Source of the DNA: an uncultured Nitrososphaerales archaeon
GTDB lineage: Archaea > Thermoproteota > Nitrososphaeria > Nitrososphaerales > Gagatemarchaeaceae
DNA length: 64,000 nt
Direction of reading: 5' to 3'
NCBI GenBank assembly: GCA_963706445.1
Contig: OY970160.1
Location: 1,696,001-1,760,000 of the forward strand
Of this stretch, positions 1-9,321 are shown in pieces. A model generated the notes under the pieces. It ran no database searches and was not told the origin of the DNA. It worked only from the letters and a program-made list of their open reading frames with translations. Both the position numbers and the translations under genes were made by a program. Numbering within the stretch: position 1 is the first letter of the stretch; every line of letters begins with the position of its first letter.

Positions 1-424
1 GCTTGCAGGCAGCCATAAGCTCGTCGAGCTGCCTGTTGGTCTCGACGTTGCTCTTGACGTGTGGATGGAGCCCTACCTTGAGCCCTCTCTTTCCGAACTC
101 TCTGAGGTGCATCTTGGTGACCTCGGCGGCGCCAGCCGCGTCCTTCTCGAAGAGGCAGAGCCATCCGGACTCGGCGCCCATCCGCTTGGCCGCCTCCGCC
201 TGATAGACGGTGTTTTCGTTGATCGCCATCGACGGCACCTCCAGCCCCGCCGCTTTGGAAATGTCCCAGACTATCTCTGGCTTGTCCATCAGCTCCTGAG
301 GGAGGAGGTTGTACTCGATGCCGATGCCTGTGTAGCCCGCGCCTGCTACTGATTCAGCAACCTTCCTGAAAGTCGGGGCGTCCTTGATCTTCCCCCAGGC
401 GATGGCACTGCAGGATAGTTTCAA
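1..424 (-). CDS. iolE: IolE-like sugar-phosphate isomerase/epimerase TIM barrel (myo-inosose-2 dehydratase-like), 3' end outside window
   Basis: Not in ORF track. Manual translation from TTG at 424: MKLSCSAIAWGK...AGYTGIGIE...GLHPHVKSNVETNRQLDELM, resembling the IolE 'IAW' and 'HHH..T.V.T..EID.LM' motifs; iol gene context. Confidence 0.65.
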   Translation of the reverse strand, partial: MKLSCSAIAWGKIKDAPTFRKVAESVAGAGYTGIGIEYNLLPQELMDKPEIVWDISKAAGLEVPSMAINENTVYQAEAAKRMGAESGWLCLFEKDAAGAAEVTKMHLREFGKRGLKVGLHPHVKSNVETNRQLDELMAACK

Positions 425-459
425 CTTGACCAGTCCTGCCCGGGCTGCCTAGTTCCCCT

Positions 460-2427
460 TTAACTGACGAATGTAACGGTGTTGAAGATCGCGGTCGAGG
501 ATTGGCCGCTGAAGACCGGGTCGACATAGAAGCTGCTGACTACGCTCTTCTGCCAGACGAGTGAGCCCGAACCGAAGAACGGCTTGATTGTCCCCAGCCA
601 TATGTAGGGTGCGTCGTTGTATACCTGGGTGTATGCTGCGGTGCAGAGGTTCAGCAGCTGGGTGGTGTTTGAAATCGAGGTGAATCCATCTACGCACTTC
701 TGGACGATGGGGTTCGAGTATATCGCCCAGTTGTTGGATGATGTGGCGTTGTTGACAAAAAGCAACCATGCGTCGGCCGGGGTGTCAGCCGCCGGGGCGA
801 AGGTCCCAGTTCCGAACCAGGCAATCTGAGCAGTCTGGTTTGCTTCCCCGAGGGCAGTTGAGTAAGAACAGGTCCCACCTGTCAGTGGGCAGGCATATTG
901 GGTCGATGGAGTGACTATGATGTTCACCTTGAGGCCTATCTGCTGCAGGTCGCTCAGCACTATCTGGGCAGCGGAGTTGCAGTAGTCGCACCCCTGGACT
1001 ACCCTCAGGTCCATGGACGGCAGGGTCGCCGGGTTGATTCCCGCATTCTTCAGAATGTTCTCGGCGGCTGTAATGTTGTACTGGTATGGGGTGGCTCCGC
1101 CGAGGCCGTAGAACTGGCTGAAGGCTGGATATTCAGGACCGATCATCGGACTGAGGCCCCCGAAGAACACCTTGTCTGATATGTCTGTGTAGTTGATCGC
1201 CCTGACAATGGCATTTCTGACTGCAGTTATGTTGGTGGGAGACCTCTGCGTGTTCAATGCGAACCCCACGAAGACGGCGGCCGAGCTGGGGAAGTTGAAC
1301 GTGCCATATGTCGATGGGTTGGCAAGGACGGTTGCGTAGTCCTGGGTGAGGATACCAGCTATCTGAGCGGAGCCAGTCGATAGGTCGGTGAATCTCGATG
1401 TGTCCGTCGGGACCGTCTGCACCACGACGTTCGCTGCGTGACCAGGGTCCAGGTACGGGTCGGCCGCTATCTGGGCGGGGGTCAGGCTGTCTCCCCAATA
1501 GTTAGGATTTTGAGCGAACTTCACAAACGCTCCTTCGGAGACCTGGGTCACGGTGTAGGGCCCAGTGCCGGGGATCGGGTGCTGGTTGAAGTAGGGGTTG
1601 TACCCCGAGGCCGTCCCGAATCCTCCGTGGTCGAGGAGCCACTGCGTGTCGAAGATCAGGCCGATGTAAACTACCAGGGTCCCCAGGAAGTAATTGAAGG
1701 GCGACTTCAGGTGGAATACGATGCTCGATGAGTTTGTAACGTAAATCGGCCAATTGGTGTTCTGCATCATTGTCAGGGCCTGCGCGCTGGGATTGATCAA
1801 CCCGCTCGAGTTCAGCATACTAATCTGAGTCGGGCCGAATGTGACTTGGGAGAAGTCGAAGACGTTGTATGACTCGAGGAAGGAAGAGCTGTTACCTGAG
1901 AGGTAATAGAAGCCGTACATCTCAGCCCACACCTGGTAGGCGTTCAGTGGGTTGCCGTCAGAGAAGTTAACCCCTGGCCTCAGGTGGAATGTGTAGGTCC
2001 TCCCGTCGGGAGACTGCGTCCATTTGTCCGCCAGAGCTGGGACGTAATTCAGCTTCCCTGAGCCATAGAGCGCGTTCGGGTCTACCGTGATGAGCGGCTG
2101 GTAAACAGTGTAAGTCAGCCAGTTGGGGTATGGGATCTCGCCGAGAGCGTTCAGCTGGTTCAAATCTCCGGACGGCCAGAAGACCTCGTCGATGGTCAGA
2201 GAGTTGTGGAAGGGTTCAGTGGAGGTGGAAGTTGTGGTCGGGGTGGTCGAAGTTGTGGTCGGGGTGGTCGAAGTTGTGGTCGGGGTGGTCGAAGTTGTGG
2301 TCGGGGACGTTGTCCCAGACGACGCCAGGAAGTAAGCGGCTACGCCAGCAAGAGCAATCAGAACTATGACGATGACGACTGTGACCGTCCTGGTGACAGC
2401 AACGTGGGAGCTTGACGAAACTTGCAA
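460..2427 (-). CDS. ABC transporter substrate-binding protein, family 5 (DppA/OppA type), N-terminal membrane anchor and Thr-rich linker
   Basis: PALADKWTQSPDGRTYTFHLRPGVNFSDG family-5 signature; PGTGPY motif; N-terminal TM helix; downstream of dppBCDF-type genes. Confidence 0.92.
   Translation of the reverse strand: MQVSSSSHVAVTRTVTVVIVIVLIALAGVAAYFLASSGTTSPTTTSTTPTTTSTTPTTTSTTPTTTSTSTEPFHNSLTIDEVFWPSGDLNQLNALGEIPYPNWLTYTVYQPLITVDPNALYGSGKLNYVPALADKWTQSPDGRTYTFHLRPGVNFSDGNPLNAYQVWAEMYGFYYLSGNSSSFLESYNVFDFSQVTFGPTQISMLNSSGLINPSAQALTMMQNTNWPIYVTNSSSIVFHLKSPFNYFLGTLVVYIGLIFDTQWLLDHGGFGTASGYNPYFNQHPIPGTGPYTVTQVSEGAFVKFAQNPNYWGDSLTPAQIAADPYLDPGHAANVVVQTVPTDTSRFTDLSTGSAQIAGILTQDYATVLANPSTYGTFNFPSSAAVFVGFALNTQRSPTNITAVRNAIVRAINYTDISDKVFFGGLSPMIGPEYPAFSQFYGLGGATPYQYNITAAENILKNAGINPATLPSMDLRVVQGCDYCNSAAQIVLSDLQQIGLKVNIIVTPSTQYACPLTGGTCSYSTALGEANQTAQIAWFGTGTFAPAADTPADAWLLFVNNATSSNNWAIYSNPIVQKCVDGFTSISNTTQLLNLCTAAYTQVYNDAPYIWLGTIKPFFGSGSLVWQKSVVSSFYVDPVFSGQSSTAIFNTVTFVS
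2228..2306. repeat. 21-bp tandem repeat (GAAGTTGTGGTCGGGGTGGTC, three full copies plus a 16-bp partial) encoding the TTPTTTS linker
   Basis: Identical copies seen directly at 2228, 2249, 2270 and partially at 2291. Confidence 0.95.
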
Positions 2428-2479
2428 AAAGCTACTTCCGAGACATGGCGGGATTCGTTATTTAAGGTTCGCGAATCGC

Positions 2480-3469
2480 CTAGGCAGTCTTATTCAGAAA
2501 ATGGCAGGCGGCCGTGTGCCCCTCGGTAATCTTCGTCAGCTCTGGGATCTCCGCCGAGCACTTTGATTCGGCAAACGGGCACCGTGGGTTGAACTTGCAC
2601 CCGCTGGGAGGGTCGATGGCGCTTGGGACCTCGCCGGAGATTTCTGTCTGGAGGAGCGTCCTGTTCCACGGGTCGGGGGTCGGCGCTGACTTCATCAGGG
2701 TGATAGTGTACGGGTGCCTCGGCTTCACCAATACGTCCGAGGTGGGGCCGTACTCGACGAGGTTCCCGGCGTACATCACGGCGATGTAATCAGAAAGATA
2801 TGCAGCCACTGCTATGTTGTGAGTGATCAGCATGTAGGAAAGCTGAAACTTCTTCTGGAGTTCGACGAGAAGGTTCAGTATCTGCGCCTGCACCGAGGCG
2901 TCGAGGGCGCTCGTCGGCTCGTCGAGTATCAAGAGCTTCGGGTGCGTCGAGATTGCCCTGGCGATGGCCACCCTCTGCTTCTGGCCTCCGCTCAGCTGCT
3001 TGGGAAATCTGGCGGCGAATTCGTCTGAGAGCCCTACAGCCCGGAGGCTCTGTAGTGAGGCCTGTCTAATCTCCTCCTCCCCCATCTTGGTGAGCCCGTG
3101 GAGGGGCTCGGCGATGATGTCCCCCACCCTCATGGTGGGGTCGAGAGATGAATCAGGGTCCTGGAAGACCATCTGTAGCTTGCGGTAGACCTCTTCGTCC
3201 CGGACGGCGTTCCCGTCTATCCTCTGGCCGTCGAAGTGTATCTCTCCGCTCGTTGGCGGGGTCAGAAGCGCCAGGGTCCTTGCGAGGGTGGTCTTGCCGC
3301 ACCCCGACTCCCCCACCACTGCGAGTGTCTTGCCGTAGGGGATTGAGAGGGAGACCCCGTCTACCGCCCTGATTATCTTCTCTTTCGCCCTCGAAAGAGG
3401 GCTGATCCCCCTGCTCGACTTGTAGTGCTTCCTGAGCTCGACCGTCGTCAGAAGCTGTTCATTCACCAT
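2480..3469 (-). CDS. Oligopeptide/dipeptide ABC transporter ATP-binding protein (DppF/OppF type)
   Basis: GESGCGKT, LSGGQKQR, ILDEPT, C-terminal HPYT...GCKFNPRC...ACH; start placed at ATG 3469. Confidence 0.95.
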   Translation of the reverse strand: MVNEQLLTTVELRKHYKSSRGISPLSRAKEKIIRAVDGVSLSIPYGKTLAVVGESGCGKTTLARTLALLTPPTSGEIHFDGQRIDGNAVRDEEVYRKLQMVFQDPDSSLDPTMRVGDIIAEPLHGLTKMGEEEIRQASLQSLRAVGLSDEFAARFPKQLSGGQKQRVAIARAISTHPKLLILDEPTSALDASVQAQILNLLVELQKKFQLSYMLITHNIAVAAYLSDYIAVMYAGNLVEYGPTSDVLVKPRHPYTITLMKSAPTPDPWNRTLLQTEISGEVPSAIDPPSGCKFNPRCPFAESKCSAEIPELTKITEGHTAACHFLNKTA

Positions 3470-4484
3470 AGAGAAAACAAGCCGTCCTGTGGTCTTTTCC
3501 GACCTCGATGAGTCGTGGGACCTTCTTTGAACATACATCCATGGCGTAGGGGCACCGGGGCTGGAACTGGCACCAGTCCTTCCGCAGGGTCAAGTCGGGG
3601 ATCGTCCCAGCGATGGGCGTGAGCTGCTTCCCGTCTCTGGTCCCGCTCGGTATGCAGGAGAGCAGGCCGCGAGTATAGGGGTGCTTGGGCTGGGAGAATA
3701 TCTCGTGGACCTCGGCGTCCTCGACCACCTGGCCCGCGTACATCACCACGACCCGGTCTGCCACCTGGCTCGCGACGGCGAGGTCGTGGGTGACGAGTAT
3801 TATCGTGGTGCCGAGCTTGTCCTTGATCTCCTTCATCAGCTTCAGGACCTGGGCCTGGGTGGTGACATCGAGGGCGGTGGTGGGTTCGTCCGCGATGAGG
3901 AGCTCTGGTTGCTGGGACAGCGACATGGCGATCAAGGCCCTCTGCCTCATCCCCCCAGAGAGCTCGAAGGGGTACCTGTCCACGATGTGGTCAGGGTCGG
4001 GGATTCTTACAAGTGTCAACATGAGCTCGACCTCCTTCTTGAGCTCGGGGGAGAGCTTCCATTTCCTCCCCGGAATCCTCGGGGCTCCTTTTACGGGGGT
4101 GGTCGGGTCAGTCTTCCGCCTTCGCAGGACGATGGATTCTGCTATCTGTTCCCCGATGCGCCTGAGGGGGTTGAGGCTGGTGAGCGGTTCTTGGAATATC
4201 ATGGCGATCTCCGAGCCCCTGTAGTTCTTCATCTCCTTCGGAGAAAGCTTCGCCAGGTCGACCCCCTTGTAGGAGATCGAGCCCCCGGTCACCGTGGCAG
4301 TCTTCGGTGGTAGGAGGCCGATGGCCGCCAGCCCCAGGGTGGTCTTGCCGCACCCCGACTCCCCGACGATGGCGATGAACTCCTTCTCCTTCACGTTCAG
4401 GCTGACTGAGTCAAGGGCCCTGACCTGTCCCCTTGAGGTCCGGTACTGGACGCTGAAGTCTGTCAGCTGGAGGACTGTGGACAA
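3459..4484 (-). CDS. Oligopeptide/dipeptide ABC transporter ATP-binding protein (DppD/OppD type)
   Basis: GESGCGKT, LSGGMRQR, IADEPTTALD, HPYT, C-terminal Cys motif. Confidence 0.95.
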   Translation of the reverse strand: MSTVLQLTDFSVQYRTSRGQVRALDSVSLNVKEKEFIAIVGESGCGKTTLGLAAIGLLPPKTATVTGGSISYKGVDLAKLSPKEMKNYRGSEIAMIFQEPLTSLNPLRRIGEQIAESIVLRRRKTDPTTPVKGAPRIPGRKWKLSPELKKEVELMLTLVRIPDPDHIVDRYPFELSGGMRQRALIAMSLSQQPELLIADEPTTALDVTTQAQVLKLMKEIKDKLGTTIILVTHDLAVASQVADRVVVMYAGQVVEDAEVHEIFSQPKHPYTRGLLSCIPSGTRDGKQLTPIAGTIPDLTLRKDWCQFQPRCPYAMDVCSKKVPRLIEVGKDHRTACFLYGE

Positions 4485-5381
4485 CTATCTGATCCCCAAT
4501 GTGTCTTTGACGCCGTCCCCGAGCAGGCTGAACCCTATAACTCCCATCGAGATGACCAGCCCCGGAATCAGCGCCAGCCAGGGGTCGGTGAGAAGGTACC
4601 CGTTGTAGGCGGCGACCATCTGTCCCCAGTCAGGGGCGGGAGGCCTGTTCCCAAGGCCCAGAAAAGTCAGGCCGGAGTAGACAAGGATCACCGTGCCGAT
4701 GTCGAGGGTCGCGTATACCAGCATCGTCCCGGAGATGTTGGGGAGGACATGGCGGACCAGTATGCGGTGGGACTTTTGGCCGGAGAGGCGGGCCGCCTCG
4801 ATGTAGTTCTGATGGGCGACTTTCAGGGACTCCCCTCTTGCAAGGCGGGCGTACGGGGGCCACCACGTTACCATAAGGGCGATGCTCATGTTGGTGATCC
4901 CTCCGCCGAGGATTGCGCCGATGACAATCGCGATAAGCAGGACGGGGAGCGCGAAGAAAATGTCCGTGAATCTCATCAGGAACTCGTCGAGGAGTCCTCC
5001 TCGCAGTCCCGCCATTCCTCCGAGCAGGCCCCCTATCACAACCGCTGTTCCCACCACGATGAACCCGATCATGAAGTCGTAGGGAGTGGCGGCCAGGATC
5101 CGGCTGAAGACGTCCCTGCCCAGGTTGTCGGTGCCAAAGGGGTGGACCAGCGAGGGCGGGAGCAGGATAGCGCTGGTCTGATTGGGGAGAGGGTTCGCCG
5201 GGTAGGGAGTGAGTTGGATGTTAAGGAGGGCTCCTATCTCCATCACGATGGCCGTGAGCAGGAAGGTTAGGATGATCGCGAGTCCGATGATGGCCTCCTT
5301 GCTCCTCGTCATTAGGTTCCACGCACCCCGAACCCTCGACTCGATTCCGCCGGTGGGCTCGCCCTGATTCTTGCTATCCAA
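4485..5381 (-). CDS. ABC transporter permease (DppC/OppC type)
   Basis: HPFGTDNLGRDVFSR, YIEAAR (EAA loop), PDWG motifs. Confidence 0.95.
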   Translation of the reverse strand: MDSKNQGEPTGGIESRVRGAWNLMTRSKEAIIGLAIILTFLLTAIVMEIGALLNIQLTPYPANPLPNQTSAILLPPSLVHPFGTDNLGRDVFSRILAATPYDFMIGFIVVGTAVVIGGLLGGMAGLRGGLLDEFLMRFTDIFFALPVLLIAIVIGAILGGGITNMSIALMVTWWPPYARLARGESLKVAHQNYIEAARLSGQKSHRILVRHVLPNISGTMLVYATLDIGTVILVYSGLTFLGLGNRPPAPDWGQMVAAYNGYLLTDPWLALIPGLVISMGVIGFSLLGDGVKDTLGIR

Positions 5382-6399
5382 GCCTGATCTCCGGGTCAGC
5401 CCATGCGTAGAGCACGTCCGCTACAAGGTTGGTTGTGATGATTATGGCGGCGAAGACGAACACAGTCGCCATAATCGCGGGGTAGTCTGATCCCTGGAGG
5501 GCGGTGAAGGCGTAATGCCCCATCCCCGGATAGCTGAACAGGTATTCGACGAACACTGAGCCGGTCAGCAGGAAAGTCATCACCAAGGAGGAGATTGTGA
5601 TCAGGGAGATGGCCGCATTCGGGAGTCCGTGCCTGTAGAACACGCTCCCTTCGTCAAGGCCCTTCGCTCTGGCGGTCCTGATGTAGTCCGCCTGCATGAC
5701 GTCGAGGAGGGAGCTCCTGGCGACCCGGGTGATCACGCCGAAGGTGACCAGGGCGAGAGTCAGGGCCGGAAGGATCAGATGCACGGATGCGTTCTCCGCG
5801 AAGGAAAAGTTCCCCTGGATGAGGGCATCGAAGATCGGGAAGCCTGTGATGGATGGGGAAGGCGAGACGAGCAGTGGACTGTACTCTCCGCCTGTGGGGA
5901 GGATTCGAAGGTACAGAGACGAGACCACGAGTATCACTATGCCGATGAAGTAGGGCGGAGAGGAATACCCCCCGAGATAGAAGATGCGAATCAGGGTGTC
6001 CACCCATGTGTTGTGATATCTCGCCGCTAGGATCCCCAGACCAAGGCCGAGCACCACACACATGACGAAAGCGAGGAAGACTATCTGCAGGGTCAGGGGG
6101 AGGGTCTGCGCTATGACGCTCGAGACTGGGACGAAACCCCTGGACGGGGAGATGCCCAGATTGCCCTGCAGCATTCCACTGAGGTAATAGACGTACTGGA
6201 CGTAGATCGGGTCGTTCAGATGGTATTTCGCTATGTAGAGCTTTGCCACCGCAGGGTATAGGCCGGCCTCTTTGCCGAGCCACGCCTGGATCACGTTCCC
6301 GGGGATAAGGTGGGAGAGCACGAAGGTCAGGGTGAGGACGCAGAAAAGTACGAAGACCGCAAAAGCGAGGCGCCTGAGAAGGAACCTCAGCAGGTTCAA
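5374..6399 (-). CDS. ABC transporter permease (DppB/OppB type)
   Basis: DPIYVQY..YL, HLILPA, DYIRTARAKGL, DP.IR C-terminus. Confidence 0.95.
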   Translation of the reverse strand: MNLLRFLLRRLAFAVFVLFCVLTLTFVLSHLIPGNVIQAWLGKEAGLYPAVAKLYIAKYHLNDPIYVQYVYYLSGMLQGNLGISPSRGFVPVSSVIAQTLPLTLQIVFLAFVMCVVLGLGLGILAARYHNTWVDTLIRIFYLGGYSSPPYFIGIVILVVSSLYLRILPTGGEYSPLLVSPSPSITGFPIFDALIQGNFSFAENASVHLILPALTLALVTFGVITRVARSSLLDVMQADYIRTARAKGLDEGSVFYRHGLPNAAISLITISSLVMTFLLTGSVFVEYLFSYPGMGHYAFTALQGSDYPAIMATVFVFAAIIITTNLVADVLYAWADPEIRLG

Positions 6400-6435
6400 G
6401 AGCGGGCCAATCCCTTCCGAGGCTAGAAAAGGGTT

Positions 6436-6454
6436 GTTTGCCTGAGAGGCAAAC
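6436..6454. promoter_or_regulatory. Perfect inverted repeat GTTTGCCT-GAG-AGGCAAAC in the divergent promoter region of the iol/dpp cluster; candidate operator
   Basis: 8-bp arms with a 3-bp spacer, between the divergent starts at 6399 and 6513. Confidence 0.45.
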
Positions 6455-6512
6455 CGAATGACTGGATGGAGTGCGGTAGGTTCTAAAATGCCGCCAGTCG
6501 GTCGAGCGCTTC

Positions 6513-7526
6513 GTGCAGAACTCTGCCTTCGACGCCTCCAGATTCTTCCCCATGGAGGTCTACTCGAAGATTACGGATGCCCGTGTCTCAAGGCCCGGGC
6601 TCCCGAAGCGGCTACTACTGTCCCGAAGAAAGAGGCGCACCCTTACCAAGGATGGAAGATTGACACTGCTCGCTGCAGACCATCCGGCGAGGATGGTGAC
6701 GGGAATAAGGGACGACCCTCTGAGGATGGGGCGCAGGCACGAGCTGCTCGCCAGGGTCCTACGCGTCATGGCGTGCACCCCCTTCGACGGGATCCTTGGG
6801 ACTGCCGACGTGCTCGAGGACCTCGCAGTTGTGTCGGGCCTCGTGAAGATGAGGTCGCTCTTGGACGGAAGGCTGCTCATCGGCAGCGTGAACCGGGGCG
6901 GGCTCGCAGGTAGCTCGTTCGAAATGGACGACAGGGTCACGGGGTACGATGTGGGCGGAGCGGTGCAGCTTGGGCTCGACGGAGTCAAGTTCCTGCTGAG
7001 GTTTGATGGCGACGACCCCGGATCGCTGAGGACGCTGAAGTACTGCGTCGAAGTCGCAAGGGAATGCGCCTCGGAGAAAATCCCGCTCTTTCTGGAGCCT
7101 CTGCCTGTGGTCAGGAGGGACGGCATGGTGAAGACGGACAACAACAAGGAGAAGCTGGTCAGGCTGGTCGGAGTAGCGAGCGCCATTGGGAGCACGTCGT
7201 CGAGGGTATGGCTGAAGCTCCCCTACTGTCAGGGGTTCGAGGAGGTGGCCGGGGCCACTTCGCTCCCCATCGTGCTTCTGGGAGGGGAGGCCACGGACGA
7301 TGTCTCCGGTCTGCTCGGAGAGATCGAGTCAGGTCTCAGGGCAGGGCCTAACGTCAGGGGCGTCATGATGGGGAGGAACCTCCTCTATCCGACTGGGGAC
7401 GACCCGTTGCCCCTTGCCATGGCAGTTCATTCGATGGCGCACGATGGAGTCGGCGCGAGCGAAGCCGTTTCCAAGATGAAGGGTTGGGAAGGGAAAGGGA
7501 TGGATGCTCTTCGTTCCAACGATTAA
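6513..7526 (+). CDS. Cgl0159-like class I aldolase (probable 2-deoxy-5-keto-D-gluconate-6-phosphate aldolase)
   Basis: LLAADHPAR, DGILGTADVLEDL, GSVNRGGLAG.FEMDDR, WLKLP, GRNLLYP motifs, as in the actinobacterial iol-cluster aldolase. Confidence 0.8.
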   Translation: MQNSAFDASRFFPMEVYSKITDARVSRPGLPKRLLLSRRKRRTLTKDGRLTLLAADHPARMVTGIRDDPLRMGRRHELLARVLRVMACTPFDGILGTADVLEDLAVVSGLVKMRSLLDGRLLIGSVNRGGLAGSSFEMDDRVTGYDVGGAVQLGLDGVKFLLRFDGDDPGSLRTLKYCVEVARECASEKIPLFLEPLPVVRRDGMVKTDNNKEKLVRLVGVASAIGSTSSRVWLKLPYCQGFEEVAGATSLPIVLLGGEATDDVSGLLGEIESGLRAGPNVRGVMMGRNLLYPTGDDPLPLAMAVHSMAHDGVGASEAVSKMKGWEGKGMDALRSND

Positions 7527-7553
7527 AATAACTCAATCCGAGTCGTCGCGACG

Positions 7554-9311
7554 ATGCGACCCGCGCCCCGGGACGGGGCACAGTTTGTTGCCGAGTTCCT
7601 GAGGAAGTCAGGGGTCAGGTATCTCTTCGGGATACCAGGCCACGGCAACGTCTCGATATTCGACGCTGCCAGGGACACGGCCCCCGAACTGCAGGTGGTG
7701 GCGATGAAGCACGAGCAGTGGGGAGGGCACATGGCAGACGGCTACTTCAGGGCCAACAGGAGGGTGCCGGCGGCGGTGACCACATCCGTGGGACCGGGAG
7801 CAACGAACCTGGCCACGGCATTCGCGACTGCGTATGTCGACTCGTCGACTTTCCTGGCGTTCACCGGGCAGATCCAGACCTACCTCTTCGGGATGGGCAT
7901 CTTTCAGGAGATAGAACGCAGGCACTGGGTAGACTACGCCAGCTCGATGGAGCACCTTGTCAAAGGGGCGTGGACGGTGACAAGTGGGAAACAGCTCCCC
8001 CGAGTCCTGACCGAGGCGATGCGCACGGCACTGGGCGGACGCCCGGGACCGGTCCTGGTCGATATCCCGATGGACGTACAGGTGGAGAAGATGGACGGCG
8101 AGGTGCCGGACGTTAAGCTGCACATGGCCCGCGGCAGATTCCGACCGGATGCGGAGGCAATCCACGCGTGTGCGAAGATGCTGCTGAGGGCCGAGCGGCC
8201 CGTCATACTGGTCGGCGGAGGAGTGGTGATGTCGGACGCCAGCGTGGAGGCGGTCAGGGTCTCGGAGTTCCTTGCGGCACCCACAGTAGCCTCATTCAGG
8301 GGAGACTCCAAGGGGGGATTCCCCGAGGACCACGAGCTCTACGCCTTCCACCCCGGGAACATCGGCAATGCGATTTCAAACGAGCTGACGAAGAAGGCCG
8401 ACGTCATTCTTGCCGTGGGGGTCACCTTCTCCGACGAGACGACCAGCTCCTACTCGAAGGAGACTTTCAGGATACCCCCGACGAAGCTCATTCACATCGA
8501 CATAGACCCGCACGAGATCGGGAAGGACTACCCGACCGCTTTGGGGATAATTGCCGACGCGAAAGCGGCGCTGGAAGATCTGCTCGAGGCACTCAGGACC
8601 GAGGGGAAGAGGCGCGACCCGAAGAAGTCCCCCTGGGTGAAGCGGCTCAAGGACCTGAGGTCCGCTTGGCAGGGGGAGATGGAAAGGCTGAGGACAGAGT
8701 CTCCTATGGGAATCCCCAACATCGTCGCAATGATGAGGCACAGGATGCCGAAGAGCATCATCGTCACGGTGAGCGCCGGGCTGCCACAGGAGATAATGTC
8801 GCAGCAGTGGATAGCCTACAGGCCGAGGACCTTCATCAGTTCGGGTGGGTTCTCCACCATGGGGTTCGCGCTCCCGGCGGCCATAGGAGCAAGGCTGGCG
8901 CAGCCCAAGGCGCCGGTGGCTGCAGTCGAGGGGGACGGTTCGTTCATGATGAACAACGTGGAGCTTTCGACGGCGGTACAGCTCCAGGTGCCTCTGGTGG
9001 TGGTGCTACTCAACAACCGTGGCTGGGTGTCCATACGGGATCTGCAGCTCCGCTCGTTCAAGAAGAGGACCATCGGGACAGAGTTCCACAAGAAGGATGG
9101 CTCGGATTACGCGGTTGACTTCGGGAAGATAGCAGGGGCTTACGGCGCGGGATACAGCCTGGCACAGAATCCTACGGAGTTCAGGAAGGCGTTGGGGGAC
9201 GCGCTCGATGCAGACAGGCCTGTTGTGGTGGAAGCGGAGGTGGAGCGGGAGTTCCCGAAGAGCGGGACGACGACCTACGGATTCTGGGACATCCCCTCGC
9301 CGTACAAGTGA
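7554..9311 (+). CDS. iolD: ThDP-dependent enzyme, IolD-like trihydroxycyclohexane-1,2-dione acylhydrolase
   Basis: FGIPGHGNV, HEQ, TTSVGPGATN, GDGSF..N ThDP motif; iol context. Confidence 0.75.
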   Translation: MRPAPRDGAQFVAEFLRKSGVRYLFGIPGHGNVSIFDAARDTAPELQVVAMKHEQWGGHMADGYFRANRRVPAAVTTSVGPGATNLATAFATAYVDSSTFLAFTGQIQTYLFGMGIFQEIERRHWVDYASSMEHLVKGAWTVTSGKQLPRVLTEAMRTALGGRPGPVLVDIPMDVQVEKMDGEVPDVKLHMARGRFRPDAEAIHACAKMLLRAERPVILVGGGVVMSDASVEAVRVSEFLAAPTVASFRGDSKGGFPEDHELYAFHPGNIGNAISNELTKKADVILAVGVTFSDETTSSYSKETFRIPPTKLIHIDIDPHEIGKDYPTALGIIADAKAALEDLLEALRTEGKRRDPKKSPWVKRLKDLRSAWQGEMERLRTESPMGIPNIVAMMRHRMPKSIIVTVSAGLPQEIMSQQWIAYRPRTFISSGGFSTMGFALPAAIGARLAQPKAPVAAVEGDGSFMMNNVELSTAVQLQVPLVVVLLNNRGWVSIRDLQLRSFKKRTIGTEFHKKDGSDYAVDFGKIAGAYGAGYSLAQNPTEFRKALGDALDADRPVVVEAEVEREFPKSGTTTYGFWDIPSPYK

Positions 9312-9321
9312 AGTGCCCCAG

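Noticed and set aside
2228-2306. Possible CRISPR array
   Set aside because: Head-to-tail repeats with no spacers, inside a CDS; no cas genes in the window
6436-6454. Glycine riboswitch (CUCUCAGG on minus strand) or TPP riboswitch (CUGAGA)
   Set aside because: The other conserved elements (GGAGA/CCGAAG; CUGAU..UAAU..AGCG) are absent; treated as a DNA palindrome
8168-9118. 316-aa alternative-frame ORF inside iolD, and similar Arg/Gly-rich overlapping ORFs across the window
   Set aside because: Off-frame readings of GC-rich genes with biased composition and no domain signatures
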